A stretch of 64,000 bases of DNA from an uncultured Gemmatimonadales bacterium (lineage in GTDB: Bacteria > Gemmatimonadota > Gemmatimonadetes > Gemmatimonadales > GWC2-71-9): assembly GCA_963792265.1 (NCBI GenBank), contig CAWBVP010000030.1, positions 4,612-68,611 on the forward strand. Direction: 5' to 3'. Within the stretch, counting starts at the first letter, position 1. The number at the start of each line of letters is the position of its first letter. The notes beneath the pieces were generated by a model. That model ran no database searches. It was not told the DNA's origin and saw only the letters and a program-made list of their open reading frames with translations. The position numbers and the translations under genes were made by a program. Positions 1 through 11,424 of the stretch are shown here, in pieces.

Positions 1-113
1 ACGAGCTCAGAAATGATTCGGGGCTCCGGGTTCGTGGTGCAACCCAGGAGGAGCAAAATGGCCACAATCAGGGTTCCGTTTGCAATACCGTTTTGGCGAC
101 CGTCAGATGGCAT
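1..113 (-). CDS. Putative lipoprotein, truncated by window edge
   Basis: Manual translation MPSDGRQNGIANGTLIVAILLLLGCTTNPEPESF; lipobox LLGC; GAGGAG RBS upstream on the minus strand. Confidence 0.6.
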   Translation of the reverse strand, partial: MPSDGRQNGIANGTLIVAILLLLGCTTNPEPRIISEL

Positions 114-211
114 GCCGTAGCACTCCTCGAAATGGTGAGCCTTGGGGTCACGAGGAGAGCGAGGATGCACTCTCCTCTTAGGGTTCCTGACCTTGAGCTA
201 GTGTTTAGCCA

Positions 212-3020
212 TCATGGCGCCATCACACCAAAGGCGGTACAGGTCCCATTGGTATACGGAAAGGTGATGGACGGGCGAAGTAGGGAACCGTCCGCCATCG
301 AGCGAAAGTCAATCCTCAGAAATTCCGCCCCGAAGCGACCGCGACGAGCTCCTTGCCATCCTCCGATACAGCCGCATACCCGAAGAATAGATCTCCTCCT
401 GGCAACGAGTACAGCATGCGCGACTGTCCACCGGGCACCGCGACTGCGTACACATCGGTTCCCAGATTTGCCCCGCCTTCGGGGGAAACCTGCCGGACTG
501 GAACGACAACCTCCTTTCCCGTAGGAGAGAAGTATGCGCCAGGTACCTGGAACCCTTGGAAAGTCGTGAGCTGCGCGAGTTGGGGGCCGTTCGGTATTCG
601 CAGAGTGACCTCCATGACCGGGTTGGGATTGAAGGACACCTGACGAGTCGCCACCACTGTGTCGCCATCGTGGGACAAACCACGCGGACTCAAGGTCGAG
701 CCGGACTCCGTCAAGTCGGGCGGAAAGTTGGCGGCTGGGGCCCACCGACCAGCGGTCCACTGGAGCAATCCCTGGAAGCCGAAAAAGTTCACGAAATGGC
801 CATCGTGGAACCGATTGAAGCTGAACCCCGAAACTCGAACCCGCCTGGGCATATAGCGTCTCATCTCCATCGGAACGCTCCGCCATAAGTGAGTCCGGCG
901 TTGCCCAGAGACGGTTCCCACAGAGGGGCGCCCCCCGACGACGCGCCGCGAGCTTGAGTGACTCATACGCGTTCACGATATTGTACTGCTCTCCGCCGGC
1001 TGTTCTCGTCGCTTTCCAGCCCCCGGCATTGGCGCCGTCTACGATAAGAGACTTGAGATCGGAAGCCTTGAGTCGGCTGTCGAAGGACAGCAAGAGACCT
1101 GCGATTCCGCTCACAATCGGCGCCGAGGCGGAAGTTCCATCGCCATTGATGATCGCTCCGGTTTGGTTCATGAAAAACACACCTTTACCCGGTGCTGCCA
1201 CCGTAACCAATGACCCATAGTTTGAGCCGCCGCCGCCTGGCTCCGAGCTCAGCCCAAAGGACTGAATCGCTTGGTACTTGCAGCTACCACGATAACCTGA
1301 TCCGCATTCTGGCCCTCGCTCGCGCGAAGAAGCCCGCCGTGTCCGCGCCGGTCTTGTAGTTCCCTGCAGCGATCACCAGAAGCGGTCGTTTGCCTCGGGC
1401 GCCTAACGCCGACAGCGTCGAGTCCAAGCCGCGGCCGGCAAGTGCCCGAGTGGAATCGTCCCACTGAGGCCGGACCGAGAGAGAGAGATTAACTATCCGA
1501 GCCCCGTCATCCGCCGCATTCTTGATCTGCTGCAGCACCCGCCCGACGAATCCATACCCGTTGCCGCCGATCTCTCCCACCTCATAGCCATGCAGGTCAG
1601 CATTCCACATCATCCCGGTCATGCCCTTCTGGTTGTTGCCACGGGCCGCGAGGATTGATGAAACGCCAATGCCATGGGCGCCAGAGAGGATTTCCCCCAC
1701 CGGGCGCCGGATGAACAGTGATGGTCACGTCATGATCAGCGGCCAGAGTGGGAAACCCGCCGTCGACCACAGCCACCTTCACTGAGCCATCCCCCGTTGT
1801 ACACCCCCAGGCCATCGGCGCCAGGACGGCCTCCAATGCCCAGTTCTGTCCGGTTAAGCTTTTACGGTCCACGTGCCAAGAACTCCAATTGGCATCATCG
1901 ACAGGCCGACGATACATGGGCGCGACATCAATCTCGTAGGTCGCGAGCTGCACTTGAGAAAGGCGCTCGAGCTTCTGCACGGCGCTTACTAGGCCTCCAC
2001 CACCAGTGCTGTCCGGCACGCGGAGATAGTAGTGGCCCTCCCCCGCGCTAGATGGAACGCCACCAACTACTGCCCCGTGGACCGAATCCACTGCTGCTTG
2101 GCGTTGACTGGTCGTCGCCGAGGACTTGAACTCGACAATCACGACATTCTTAGAAACACTCCTGGAAGGGCTGCCGTGTTGCTATCCAGATTACTGGCGC
2201 TGTATACCCAACTGGCGAGCGTGTCGGGCGCGTGAGCAGGTACCCCCTGCTGGTGAGTGACCGACAGCACGAGACGTGGTTTGGACGCACTTTCCCTCGC
2301 GTGAAATACCACAGTCCCGGACTGGGTTTCCACCGCGAGCTTGAGCATCCAGCCCAGGTTCGGGGCTTGCCCAGACAAGAACGCTCGCACGTCTGCGGTC
2401 ACGTCAAAAGTCACGACCCCGGTTTGATTGTTGCTGATCAGGGTCTGGGACACCGGCGTGGTTGCGAAGGGCCGAGTCCCGCTCGCCATCGTCCAGCTGT
2501 TGCCGGGGCAGTCTGCGACGTTGTTACTGACATTGGTGTCATTGGCGCAGTTCCAGGTGGCGCCTCCTTCGGTCCAGGCCCGCGTCATTCGGTGGGCCGC
2601 CACTGAACGGCCCGAAGTGCCCCAGTCGTTGCCATTTCGCTTTATGGTGACCTCTAGGCTGGCGGAAACTAGTGAGTCGTCGGCGAGAGAATCCGTGATC
2701 CCCGCCTGACTGAACGCGAGCAGAATCCGATTCATTCCGCTATTCGCCGCCCGGATCAGGAGGCTGTCGTTCGAGCCGTAGTTCTTGTGTGCGGCATCGC
2801 TGCGGATATACGCATCCATCTGCGGACCTACCTGCTTGCCGACTGTCAGCGCAGGGCCGATCGGTGGTACTTCGATCGCGTTCCGCCGTTCCGCCGGTTC
2901 CGTGGCGTCACGGCAACCCCCGATCATTGCTACTATCCCGCACAGAGGGAGAATTACCCGGAGGGGTGCTGAATCAAGCAGGTGCATGGAGCTACTCCTT
3001 GCGCGTTTGGGTGCAATCAC
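212..3020 (-). CDS. Secreted S8 (subtilisin-like) serine protease with N-terminal DNRLRE-like domain, prodomain and C-terminal beta-propeller-like region; split by several frameshifts
   Basis: ORFs 2139..3020, 1597..2142, 1284..1700, 212..1210 and 316..966 are collinear. Catalytic motifs VAVVDGG (Asp), HGIGVSSILAA (His), IAAGN (oxyanion Asn), GTSASAPIVSG (Ser). N-terminus has DAYIRS...NYG...RILLAF...WTEGGATW. Confidence 0.85.
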
Positions 3021-3422
3021 CTTTGCTGGGCGGGCCGAAGGAAATGCGGACCTGATACCAGGTCACTCACGGGCTCCTCGGACGATGGATGGCAGAAGGG
3101 CGAGCGAGCGAGCCATTGGTCTATGGAACGCGATTAACGCTCAGCTTACGGGCACTGCGAAGGTCAAGTGTGAAGAGTTGAACGAAGATAGGAGGCGTGG
3201 GAGCCAATCGCAAAGAAAAACAGGCAAACCATTCCCTATGGCGTCTCTTCTCAGTGCGCAATTTTGTTTTAAACACGATGTTCTGCGACAGGCTACTGCC
3301 CTGCTACGTCGTGTTCGCGGCTCAGTCCACTTCGCGTGCGCCAATGTAACAATTCTGATTCAGTCACACTCTTTTCATGTTGAACCTCGACCGAATCAAT
3401 TCCGGAGTAAACCCTAGTGGAA

Positions 3423-3875
3423 CTAAGGTTTGATTACCTGCTCCCGCCGGTCCTTGTTGGTCAGCTTGATTGACGTGCTCGATCCCTGCGCCAGAATCTG
3501 GATGTAGGTCGGATCGTCCTCGCCGCCGAGGCCGAGGCCGGAGCCCTGCCCCGAGGCGCCGAGCTTCACGTTGGGCCGCCCTTCCGGAGAGATCAGCCGG
3601 AGCAGCACGCTCTCCGGATATCCCACCGTGCCGTCCGGCATCTTGAACTTCGGGTCTCCCGGCAAAACCGTGATGCTGGCCCGGACCCGCCCCTCGTCGT
3701 CCACGATTTCCAACGCACGGCCACGTAGCACCGGGGCGACCCGCTCCGCGACAACGGCGCGGGTCTGACCGACCGAGAACGCCAGCAGCAGGATATTCAA
3801 GAAGGTTATGACGATGAGAAGGCGCTGATTCTTCATGGGTTCCTCCCGAGCAGACTCTTCCCAATAGCGCTTCAT
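3423..3875 (-). CDS. Hypothetical exported protein
   Basis: 150-aa ORF with an N-terminal hydrophobic segment and repeated LEIVDDEGRVRA / LRLISPEGRPNVKL units. Confidence 0.7.
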   Translation of the reverse strand: MKRYWEESAREEPMKNQRLLIVITFLNILLLAFSVGQTRAVVAERVAPVLRGRALEIVDDEGRVRASITVLPGDPKFKMPDGTVGYPESVLLRLISPEGRPNVKLGASGQGSGLGLGGEDDPTYIQILAQGSSTSIKLTNKDRREQVIKP

Positions 3876-3882
3876 TTACCCG

Positions 3883-4380
3883 CTAGACAACACGCGTTAC
3901 GGGGCGGGCTAATGGGGCCCGACCGTGAGAAGGGGATCGACTCCTGCCGAGCCGAACCTGCGGCAACCTCTCGAGCCGCTCGATGAGCTGCCATATCCGC
4001 TCGTTGTCATCGCCATCGTCCACTCGGACAGCATAGATCCCCCTCTCCGGGGTCGCGATCCGCCAGCCGCCCACGACCGTTCCACAGACTGCAGCTACCG
4101 CATCCCGCCGCTGGGTTGGGGTCGTGCCGGGCTTAAACGACACGCCAATGATGTGCTTGAGGTGCCGAAATCCCGAGCGGGTCCAGCTGCTGTCGTCGCT
4201 GAACCATGCCGGTACCGTATCCGGAGGCAGGTCGGGCACGCTGGCAGCCACGCAAGGTTCGGATGACTCGCTGCCACTACTCTTGTTTACCTTCGCGGAC
4301 GCGCAGGCGAGAACCAGGGCAACGGCGGCGACGGTGACCGGGCTCACATTCAGGTACCACAGCGGGTGGTCATGTTGCAC
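3883..4380 (-). CDS. Lipoprotein resembling a stand-alone S8 prodomain (I9-like)
   Basis: Lipobox LVLAC; aligns by eye to the prodomain of the neighbouring S8 protease; C-terminus probably frameshifted. Confidence 0.65.
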   Translation of the reverse strand: MQHDHPLWYLNVSPVTVAAVALVLACASAKVNKSSGSESSEPCVAASVPDLPPDTVPAWFSDDSSWTRSGFRHLKHIIGVSFKPGTTPTQRRDAVAAVCGTVVGGWRIATPERGIYAVRVDDGDDNERIWQLIERLERLPQVRLGRSRSPSHGRAPLARPVTRVV

Positions 4381-4411
4381 CGGGTAAGATCACCTTTGAA
4401 ATGGGGACTTC

Positions 4412-4999
4412 ATGTCATTACTCGAGATGCTGCAACAACGCCTGGGTGGCGACGTCGTGAACCGGATCAGCAGCCGGATCGGCGCCGACCCGGGCACGAC
4501 CGGTAACGCCATCGATGCCGCGCTTCCGCTACTCATCTCCGCCCTGGCCCACAACGCTCAGGATCCGGCTAAGGCCCGCTCCCTCGATACCGCCGTGGCT
4601 CAGGATCACAGCGGCGCCATACTCGAGAATGTCCCGGCACACGTGAGCGCTCCTGACCAGCAAGACGGAGCCGCGATCCTGCAGCACGTCCTCGGAGACA
4701 AGCAGCAGACGGTTCAGTCCGGCCTGAGCCAGGCCACCGGGCTGGATGCCAACAAAGTCGGCTCGCTGCTGACCACCTTGGCGCCGCTGGTCATGGGCGC
4801 GCTCGGCCGGGCCAAGCAGGAAAACCGTCTCGACCAGGGCGGTCTTTCCAATCTGCTCAGCCAGGAGCAGCAGCATCTCAGCCAATCGGCGCCGGGCGCC
4901 ATGAATGCCCTGAGCCGTCTGCTGGACCGCAACAACGATGGCTCGGTGGTAGACGATATCGGCGGAATGCTGGGCAAGGCGTTCGGAGGCAGGAGGTAG
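4412..4999 (+). CDS. DUF937 family protein
   Basis: Typical DGAAILQHVLGDKQ, LAPLVMGALG and LDRNNDGSVVDD motifs. Confidence 0.8.
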   Translation: MSLLEMLQQRLGGDVVNRISSRIGADPGTTGNAIDAALPLLISALAHNAQDPAKARSLDTAVAQDHSGAILENVPAHVSAPDQQDGAAILQHVLGDKQQTVQSGLSQATGLDANKVGSLLTTLAPLVMGALGRAKQENRLDQGGLSNLLSQEQQHLSQSAPGAMNALSRLLDRNNDGSVVDDIGGMLGKAFGGRR

Positions 5000-5003
5000 C
5001 CCA

Positions 5004-6492
5004 TCACTCCTCCTCCGGACGGCCGAACATCAGCTGAATGAACCCCTGGTCCTCCGGCTCGCGATCACGTGCACGTGGTCGCCCGGCTCGAGCGTGGTGG
5101 CCGGCTTGGGCGGCACCAGCCGGTTCTTCCGGACGATCAGCGTCACCGCGGCTCCGTCGGGAAGCGGCAGGTCCTCCAGCGGCACCCCGGCCACCACCAG
5201 CGCTTCATCTATATAGAAGGACATCAGCTCGCCCTGGAGCGGCTGGCGCGACTCGATGGCCAGCACCGCCTGCGGCGCCGGCGGCTCCTTGGCTCTGGAG
5301 CCCGAGCCGCCGGGTCACCCAGGCCACCGTCGCGCCCGGGCACCAGCGCGCTCGCCACCACGATGAAGAACACCAGGTCGAACAGCCGCTCCGCGCCCGG
5401 CGCGCCGGCCAGCACCGGGAAGGTCGCCAGCACGATCGGCACCGCGCCCCGAAGGCCCACCCATCCGATGTAGAGCACTTCCCTCCGGGGATAGCGGAAC
5501 GGCAGGAGACAGAGCGCCACCACCAGCGGCCGGACCACGAACGCGAGCAGCAGCGCGATGGCGAGCCCGACCCCGGCCACATCGAGCAGCCGGGAGGGAT
5601 AGACCAGCAGACCGAGGATGAGGAACATCCCCACCTGGCTGAGCCAGGCCAGCGCGTCGTGCACCCGGAGCAGCCCGGTGTGGTAGGGCAGCGGCCCGTT
5701 GCCCAGCAGCAGCCCGGCGAGATACACCGCGAGGAAGCCGCTGCCGTGGGCCAGCGTCGCCACGCCGAAGGCGAGCAGGCCGAGCGCCAGGGTCATCACC
5801 GGATAGAGCCCGCCGCTGGGGAGGCTGAGCCGGCGAGAGCAGGTGCCGTCCGCCGTATCCCACCGCCGCGCCGAACGCGGCGCCCACCACCAGCTGGAGC
5901 AGCGATCTCCAGCGGGATCCGGAGCCGGCGCGGCCGAGCCCGGGGCCAGCAGGTTCTGCGGTGAGGACGGTGGTGAGGATGACCGCGACCGGGTCGTTGA
6001 TGCCCGACTCCACCTCGAGGGTGACGCCGACCCGCCGCTTGAGCTGGAGCCCGCTGCCGCGGAGCGCCGAGAACACCGCGGCCGCGTCGGTGGAGGACAC
6101 CACCGCGCCGAGCAGGAGCGCCTCGCGCCAGCCCAGCCCCAGGCAGTGGGCGCAGCGCCGCCACCAGCACCGCGGTGCCGGCGACGCCGACCGTCGCCAG
6201 CACGCCGGCCGGCGCCGAGCGCCTTCCGCACCGCGCCCAGCGGGGTGTTGAGCCCGCCGTCGAACAGGATCAGCGCCAGCGCGAGCACGCCGACCCGGAA
6301 GGCGAAGCGGTAGTCGTCGAACGCGATGCGGCCGATCCCCTCGGAGCCGGCCAGCATGCCGACGACGAGGAAGAGCAGCGCGATCGGCAGGCCGGTGCGC
6401 TGGGAGGCCCGGCTGAAGATCACGCTCACGCCCAGCAGCAGCCCGCAGGTGGCGAGGAGCAGGGCGGTGGCTTCGGGCTCGTGGGGAAACAC
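5004..6492 (-). CDS. cvrA: K+/H+ antiporter (NhaP2/CvrA type, CPA1) with C-terminal TrkA-C domain; frameshifted
   Basis: [38 protein letters not shown] and [13 protein letters not shown] motifs across ORFs 5224..6492, 5315..6499 and 5030..5266; ends [16 protein letters not shown]. Confidence 0.85.
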
Positions 6493-6500
6493 GCTGCATC

Positions 6501-6610
6501 GCTATGGGCTATGGGCTATGGGCTTGGATGCGGAAGCAAGACCAGCTCCAAACTATAGTGCTAGCGGGACCAGCGAATAGCCAACCGCGCATAGCGCATA
6601 GCGCATAGCC
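6501..6610. repeat. Inverted pair of heptamer tandem repeats between divergent antiporter genes
   Basis: (GCTATGG)x3 at 6501-6521 facing (GCGCATA)x3 at 6587-6607. Confidence 0.8.
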
Positions 6611-6626
6611 TCCCCATACTTCCCCC

Positions 6627-8244
6627 ATGTCCGCCGAGAGCCTCGTCTCCGCGCTGGCCCTGATCGGCATCGTCATCCTGGTGGCGTCGCTGTTGTCCGG
6701 CCTGGTCGAGCGGACCGGTGTGCCCCAGGTGGCCATCTTCCTCCTGCTCGGCGCGATGCTGGGGCCGGCCGGCCTCAACCTGGTCAACCTCACGCTGCAG
6801 TCGCCCACGCTGCAGTGGATCGCGATCCTGGCGCTGGTGCTGGTGCTCTTCACCGATGCCATCGCCATGGACCTGAGCGAGATCCGGCGGCCCCGCCGGG
6901 TGCTGCTCCTGGTCCTCGGCCCCGCGACCCTGCTCCCCGCCATCCTCATCGCGCTGGCCGCGCACTTCATCCTCGGTCTCGATCCGCTCCCCTCCGCCAT
7001 CCTCGGCGCAGCGCTGGCCTCGACCGACCCGGTCATGCTCCGGAGCCTGGTCCGCCGGTCCACCCTGCCGGCGGGCGTGCGGGCGGCGCTCCGGCTGGAG
7101 GCGGGGATCAACGACGTGATCCTGCTGCCGATCGTGGTCCTGAGCATGCTGCTGCTGAGCCCGCCCCGGCCGGAAACTTCGCGCTGGAGATGAGCCGGCA
7201 CGCCGTGGGACTCTTCGTGCTGGGCCCGCTGCTCGGCGCGCTGATCGGCTACGTCGCCATCACCGTGCTGGAGCAGGTGCGCAAGCGGGTCGGGGTGCGG
7301 CGGGACTACGAGTCGCTCTACGCCCTGGGCTGTCGCCTTCACCGCGTACGCCGCGGCGGAGTCGGTGGGAGGGAGCGGCTTCCTGGCCGCGTTTGCCGCC
7401 GGCGTGGTGATCGCCAGGCTGGACGTGGAGCTGTGCGACTGCTTTCTCGACTACGGCCAGGCCACGGCCGAGATGTTCCTGCTGTTCACCTTCGTCGCGT
7501 TCGGGGCCTGGCTGATCTGGAGTGGCTTCACCGTTGCCGATGGCCGCACGCTGCTGTTTGCGCTGCTGGCGCTGGTGGCGCGCACCGCGGTGCTGCTACC
7601 GGTGCTCGCCCGGGAGGGGATCGACCGGCGAACCCGAAGGATCGTGGCCTGGTCGGGGACCCCGGGGACTCAGCTCGCTGCTCCTGATCCTGCTGCCGGT
7701 GTTTGCCGGCGTGCCGGGGAGCGAGCGGCTCTTCGCCATCACCTGTCTGGTGGTGCTGCTCTCGGTGGCGCTGCACGGCACCGGGATCGCCCTGTTCCTC
7801 CGGGGACGAGGGGACGACCAACGCGCCGGTCCGGGTTACCGGCGGCGACGCGGTGACCCATGAGCCCGATCCCGACGCCAAGGTCCCCGAGAAGATCACC
7901 CTGGAGGAGTTCCAGAAGCTGCGCGACGCGGGCGAGCCCTATGTGCTGGCCGACGTCCGCACCGAGCGGAGCTACCGGGCCGACAATCTGCAAGCGCAGG
8001 GCGCCATCCGGCTCCCGCCCGACGATGCGGTGCGCCGAGCTCGGGAGCTGGGCCTGGAGCATCACGGGACGGTAGTGCTCTACTGTGCGTGAAAGGATGA
8101 AGCCACAAGCGCCCGGGTGGCGCGAGAGCTTCGAGCGGCAGGCTGGCCCAAGGCGCGCGCGCTGGTGGGCGGCTGGGCCGCTGGCAGCAGGAGGGCCTCC
8201 CGGTCGAACCCAGGAGCGCCGAGCCCATAGCCCATAGCGGATAG
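6627..8244 (+). CDS. CPA1 cation:proton antiporter with C-terminal rhodanese domain containing a probable selenocysteine (TGA 8090-8092); frameshifted
   Basis: LVLFTDA, LASTDPV, LEAGINDV, SGFLAAF and GPRGLSS motifs; then VLADVRT...VVLYCA-TGA-KDEATSARVARELRAAGWPKARALVGGW..WQQEGLPVEP. Confidence 0.8.
8099..8132 (+). promoter_or_regulatory. Candidate bacterial SECIS hairpin
   Basis: GAAGC(8099)/GCTTC(8128) lower stem and GCGCC-CGGGT-GGCGC apical stem-loop just 3' of the in-frame TGA. Confidence 0.6.
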
Positions 8245-8270
8245 CTAATAGCCAATAGCGGATAGCGCAG
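8221..8270 (+). repeat. Heptamer tandem repeat (ATAGCnn)
   Basis: cccatag cccatag cggatag ctaatag ccaatag cggatag. Confidence 0.85.
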
Positions 8271-8366
8271 CCCCTGGCACACCCGTTGCCATAATCCCCC
8301 CGCAGTCAGGGCCGTTGCCCAACGCAGCGGCCCGCGGCCCCCCCTAGAACGCCAGAACGACCCAGC

Positions 8367-9506
8367 TTGGGCCCTCAACTGCTCCCGATTATGGAGGCGG
8401 AACTCATGCGCGTACTGCAATTCGCGAAGCGATCTGTCATGACGGTGGCGTTTATCAGCGCCACCCTGGCGGGATGTACCGACAACTCGAGCCCGGATGC
8501 GCCGTTCAATCCGGCCGGCACCAGCGCGGACCTGGACGCGGTGGGATCGAGCTTCTCATCGGAGACCTTCAACAGCTTCTCCGCCCTCAGCATCAAGTTC
8601 GACGCCGCCATCGGCGGGGCGCCCATCATCTCGACGTCCGCCGCAGCTATGGCGATCGGGCGCCGCGGCAGCAGCTCGAACGTGCGGGCCGCCGCGGTGC
8701 AGAGCGCCCAACGCCTGGCGGGGATGATGACCCGGTCGGCGAAGCAGGGTGCCGGGATCTCGATGATGGCGATTCCGTCCAACGTGGCGGGAAAGACCTT
8801 CGAGTACGATCTGGCGACCGGCGCCTACGTCGTGTCGTCCCGTCCGCTGCTGCCGCTCAACAAGGTCCGCTTCATCCTCTATGCGGTCGATCCGGTGACG
8901 CTCGCTCCGGTGGACCCGCTGGTGGAGACCGGCTACGTGGATCTGATCGACCGGAGCGCCGGCACCACTCAGGCGGCTGAGATCGTGGTCGTCTCGGGGA
9001 GCACCACCTACCTCGACTACACCATCACCGCCACCAGCACTGCCTCGAGCGGCCGGGTGACCGTGGTCGGGTACGTGACCGATGGACTGGTCCAGGCCAA
9101 CGTCAATCTCCGCTCGTCCATCACCTTCACCGGTGGCCTCACGCTGAACTACTCGCTCGGGGTGCCCGACCGCGGGGTCGCGATCGACCTCACCCTGACT
9201 GCGACGGACCTGGCCCAGCAGACCGGGACGCTGACGGTGAACCTGACGCTCCGGGGTCCCAACGGCACGGTAGGCATGACCGGGCAGTTCACCAACACGA
9301 CCGGTCTCCTGCACGTGCGGATCAACGGACAGGCCTTTGCCACCGTCACCACGGACGGCACGACCGTCACCTACACTCGAGACGACGGCCAGCCGTTCAG
9401 CAACGACGAGGCGGGGGCGATGACTCGGGTGTTCGAGCTGCAGGCGGGAGCCTTCATCGCGTTCGATCAGATGCTGGCGCCGGTGGGAGCGTTGTTCGCG
9501 ACGTGA
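8367..9506 (+). CDS. Hypothetical lipoprotein (start probably 8406)
   Basis: Intact ORF; GGAGG RBS before ATG 8406; lipobox LAGC; Thr/Gly-rich beta strands. Confidence 0.8.
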   Translation: MGPQLLPIMEAELMRVLQFAKRSVMTVAFISATLAGCTDNSSPDAPFNPAGTSADLDAVGSSFSSETFNSFSALSIKFDAAIGGAPIISTSAAAMAIGRRGSSSNVRAAAVQSAQRLAGMMTRSAKQGAGISMMAIPSNVAGKTFEYDLATGAYVVSSRPLLPLNKVRFILYAVDPVTLAPVDPLVETGYVDLIDRSAGTTQAAEIVVVSGSTTYLDYTITATSTASSGRVTVVGYVTDGLVQANVNLRSSITFTGGLTLNYSLGVPDRGVAIDLTLTATDLAQQTGTLTVNLTLRGPNGTVGMTGQFTNTTGLLHVRINGQAFATVTTDGTTVTYTRDDGQPFSNDEAGAMTRVFELQAGAFIAFDQMLAPVGALFAT

Positions 9507-9547
9507 AGGCGGTAGGCGGTAGGGCGGTAAGCAGATAAGCGGTAAAC

Positions 9548-9580
9548 AGAAGAAGCCCGACGATTTGGCCGGGCTTCTTC
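9548..9580. terminator. Hairpin between convergent genes (likely bidirectional terminator)
   Basis: GAAGAAGCCCG...CGGGCTTCTTC inverted repeat. Confidence 0.65.
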
Positions 9581-9631
9581 ATTTGTAGTCATCGCGAGCA
9601 GGCGCAGCCTGCGTGGCGATCCGTGGATGCC

Positions 9632-10654
<1,023 letters not shown>

Positions 10655-10765
10655 GATCTCTCTACGAAGGTTCTGATGCTGAGATTTCCCCATGGTTCAG
10701 GAGGTGGACGCCATGAGGGTCATGGAATTCATCCCGTCATCGGCGCAGCCAATAGCGGATAGCCG

Positions 10766-11059
10766 ATGAGCGGCGCGCGCAATGCGCGCCCGACATTGCG
10801 AAATATTTCACAAGCGAATAGCTTAGCCGCCGTGACGCCCTCGCAACCCGGTGGAGGAAAGGGCCCTAGCCCCATGCGCTACGCCGGATTGGGCCTCCAA
10901 CTCGCGGTGAGTTTGCTGGTCTTCGTCTGGATCGGACAGTGGGCCGACCGCAAGCTGGGCACCGGAGGGCTGCTCACCATCCTGGCGGCATTAATCGGTT
11001 TCGGGGGCACGATGTTCTCGATCGTTCGCAGTCTGAATCGGGACAACAAGGGCGAATGA
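10766..11059 (+). CDS. AtpZ/AtpI family protein (start possibly GTG 10832)
   Basis: Two TM helices (GLQLAVSLLVFVWIGQWADRKLGT); first gene of the atp cluster. Confidence 0.8.
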   Translation: MSGARNARPTLRNISQANSLAAVTPSQPGGGKGPSPMRYAGLGLQLAVSLLVFVWIGQWADRKLGTGGLLTILAALIGFGGTMFSIVRSLNRDNKGE

Positions 11060-11424
11060 CGCGGGCAAAGCGCTATCTCCTCGGTATGGGCGTGGTGCTG
11101 ATTCTCTTTCTGGGAGTCCTGGCCTTTGCTCCTCCCGATTGGCGCCCGAGCCTGTGGCTGGCGCTCGGTCTCGCCATGGCCCTTCAGGTTCCCCTCGGCA
11201 TGTGGTTGATGGCGAGCCTCGGCAGCGATCGTTTCCTTGCCGTCTGGGTCCTCGGGATCCTGGCCCGCCTGGCACTGCTGGGCGTCGCGGGACTGGCGCT
11301 CTTCCCCGCCTTTCACTGGCCCGCGGCACCGGGACTCCTCAGCCTGGTCCTTCTCCTGATGGCTTCGCTGGCCCTCGAAGGCCTGGTCTCGATGCAGGAG
11401 TTCCGGAAGGTGCCCGCCCGGTGA
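11056..11424 (+). CDS. Four-TM ATP synthase protein I-like membrane protein
   Basis: Hydrophobic ORF translationally coupled between the atpZ-like gene and atpB. Confidence 0.65.
   Translation: MTRAKRYLLGMGVVLILFLGVLAFAPPDWRPSLWLALGLAMALQVPLGMWLMASLGSDRFLAVWVLGILARLALLGVAGLALFPAFHWPAAPGLLSLVLLLMASLALEGLVSMQEFRKVPAR

Noticed and set aside
3200-3260. c-di-GMP-I riboswitch (GGCAAACC)
   Set aside because: No GAAA loop or downstream P2 consensus, and it is on the strand opposite the downstream gene
3360-4400. Integron cassette array
   Set aside because: No attC-like RYYYAAC/GTTRRRY inverted cores and no integrase seen
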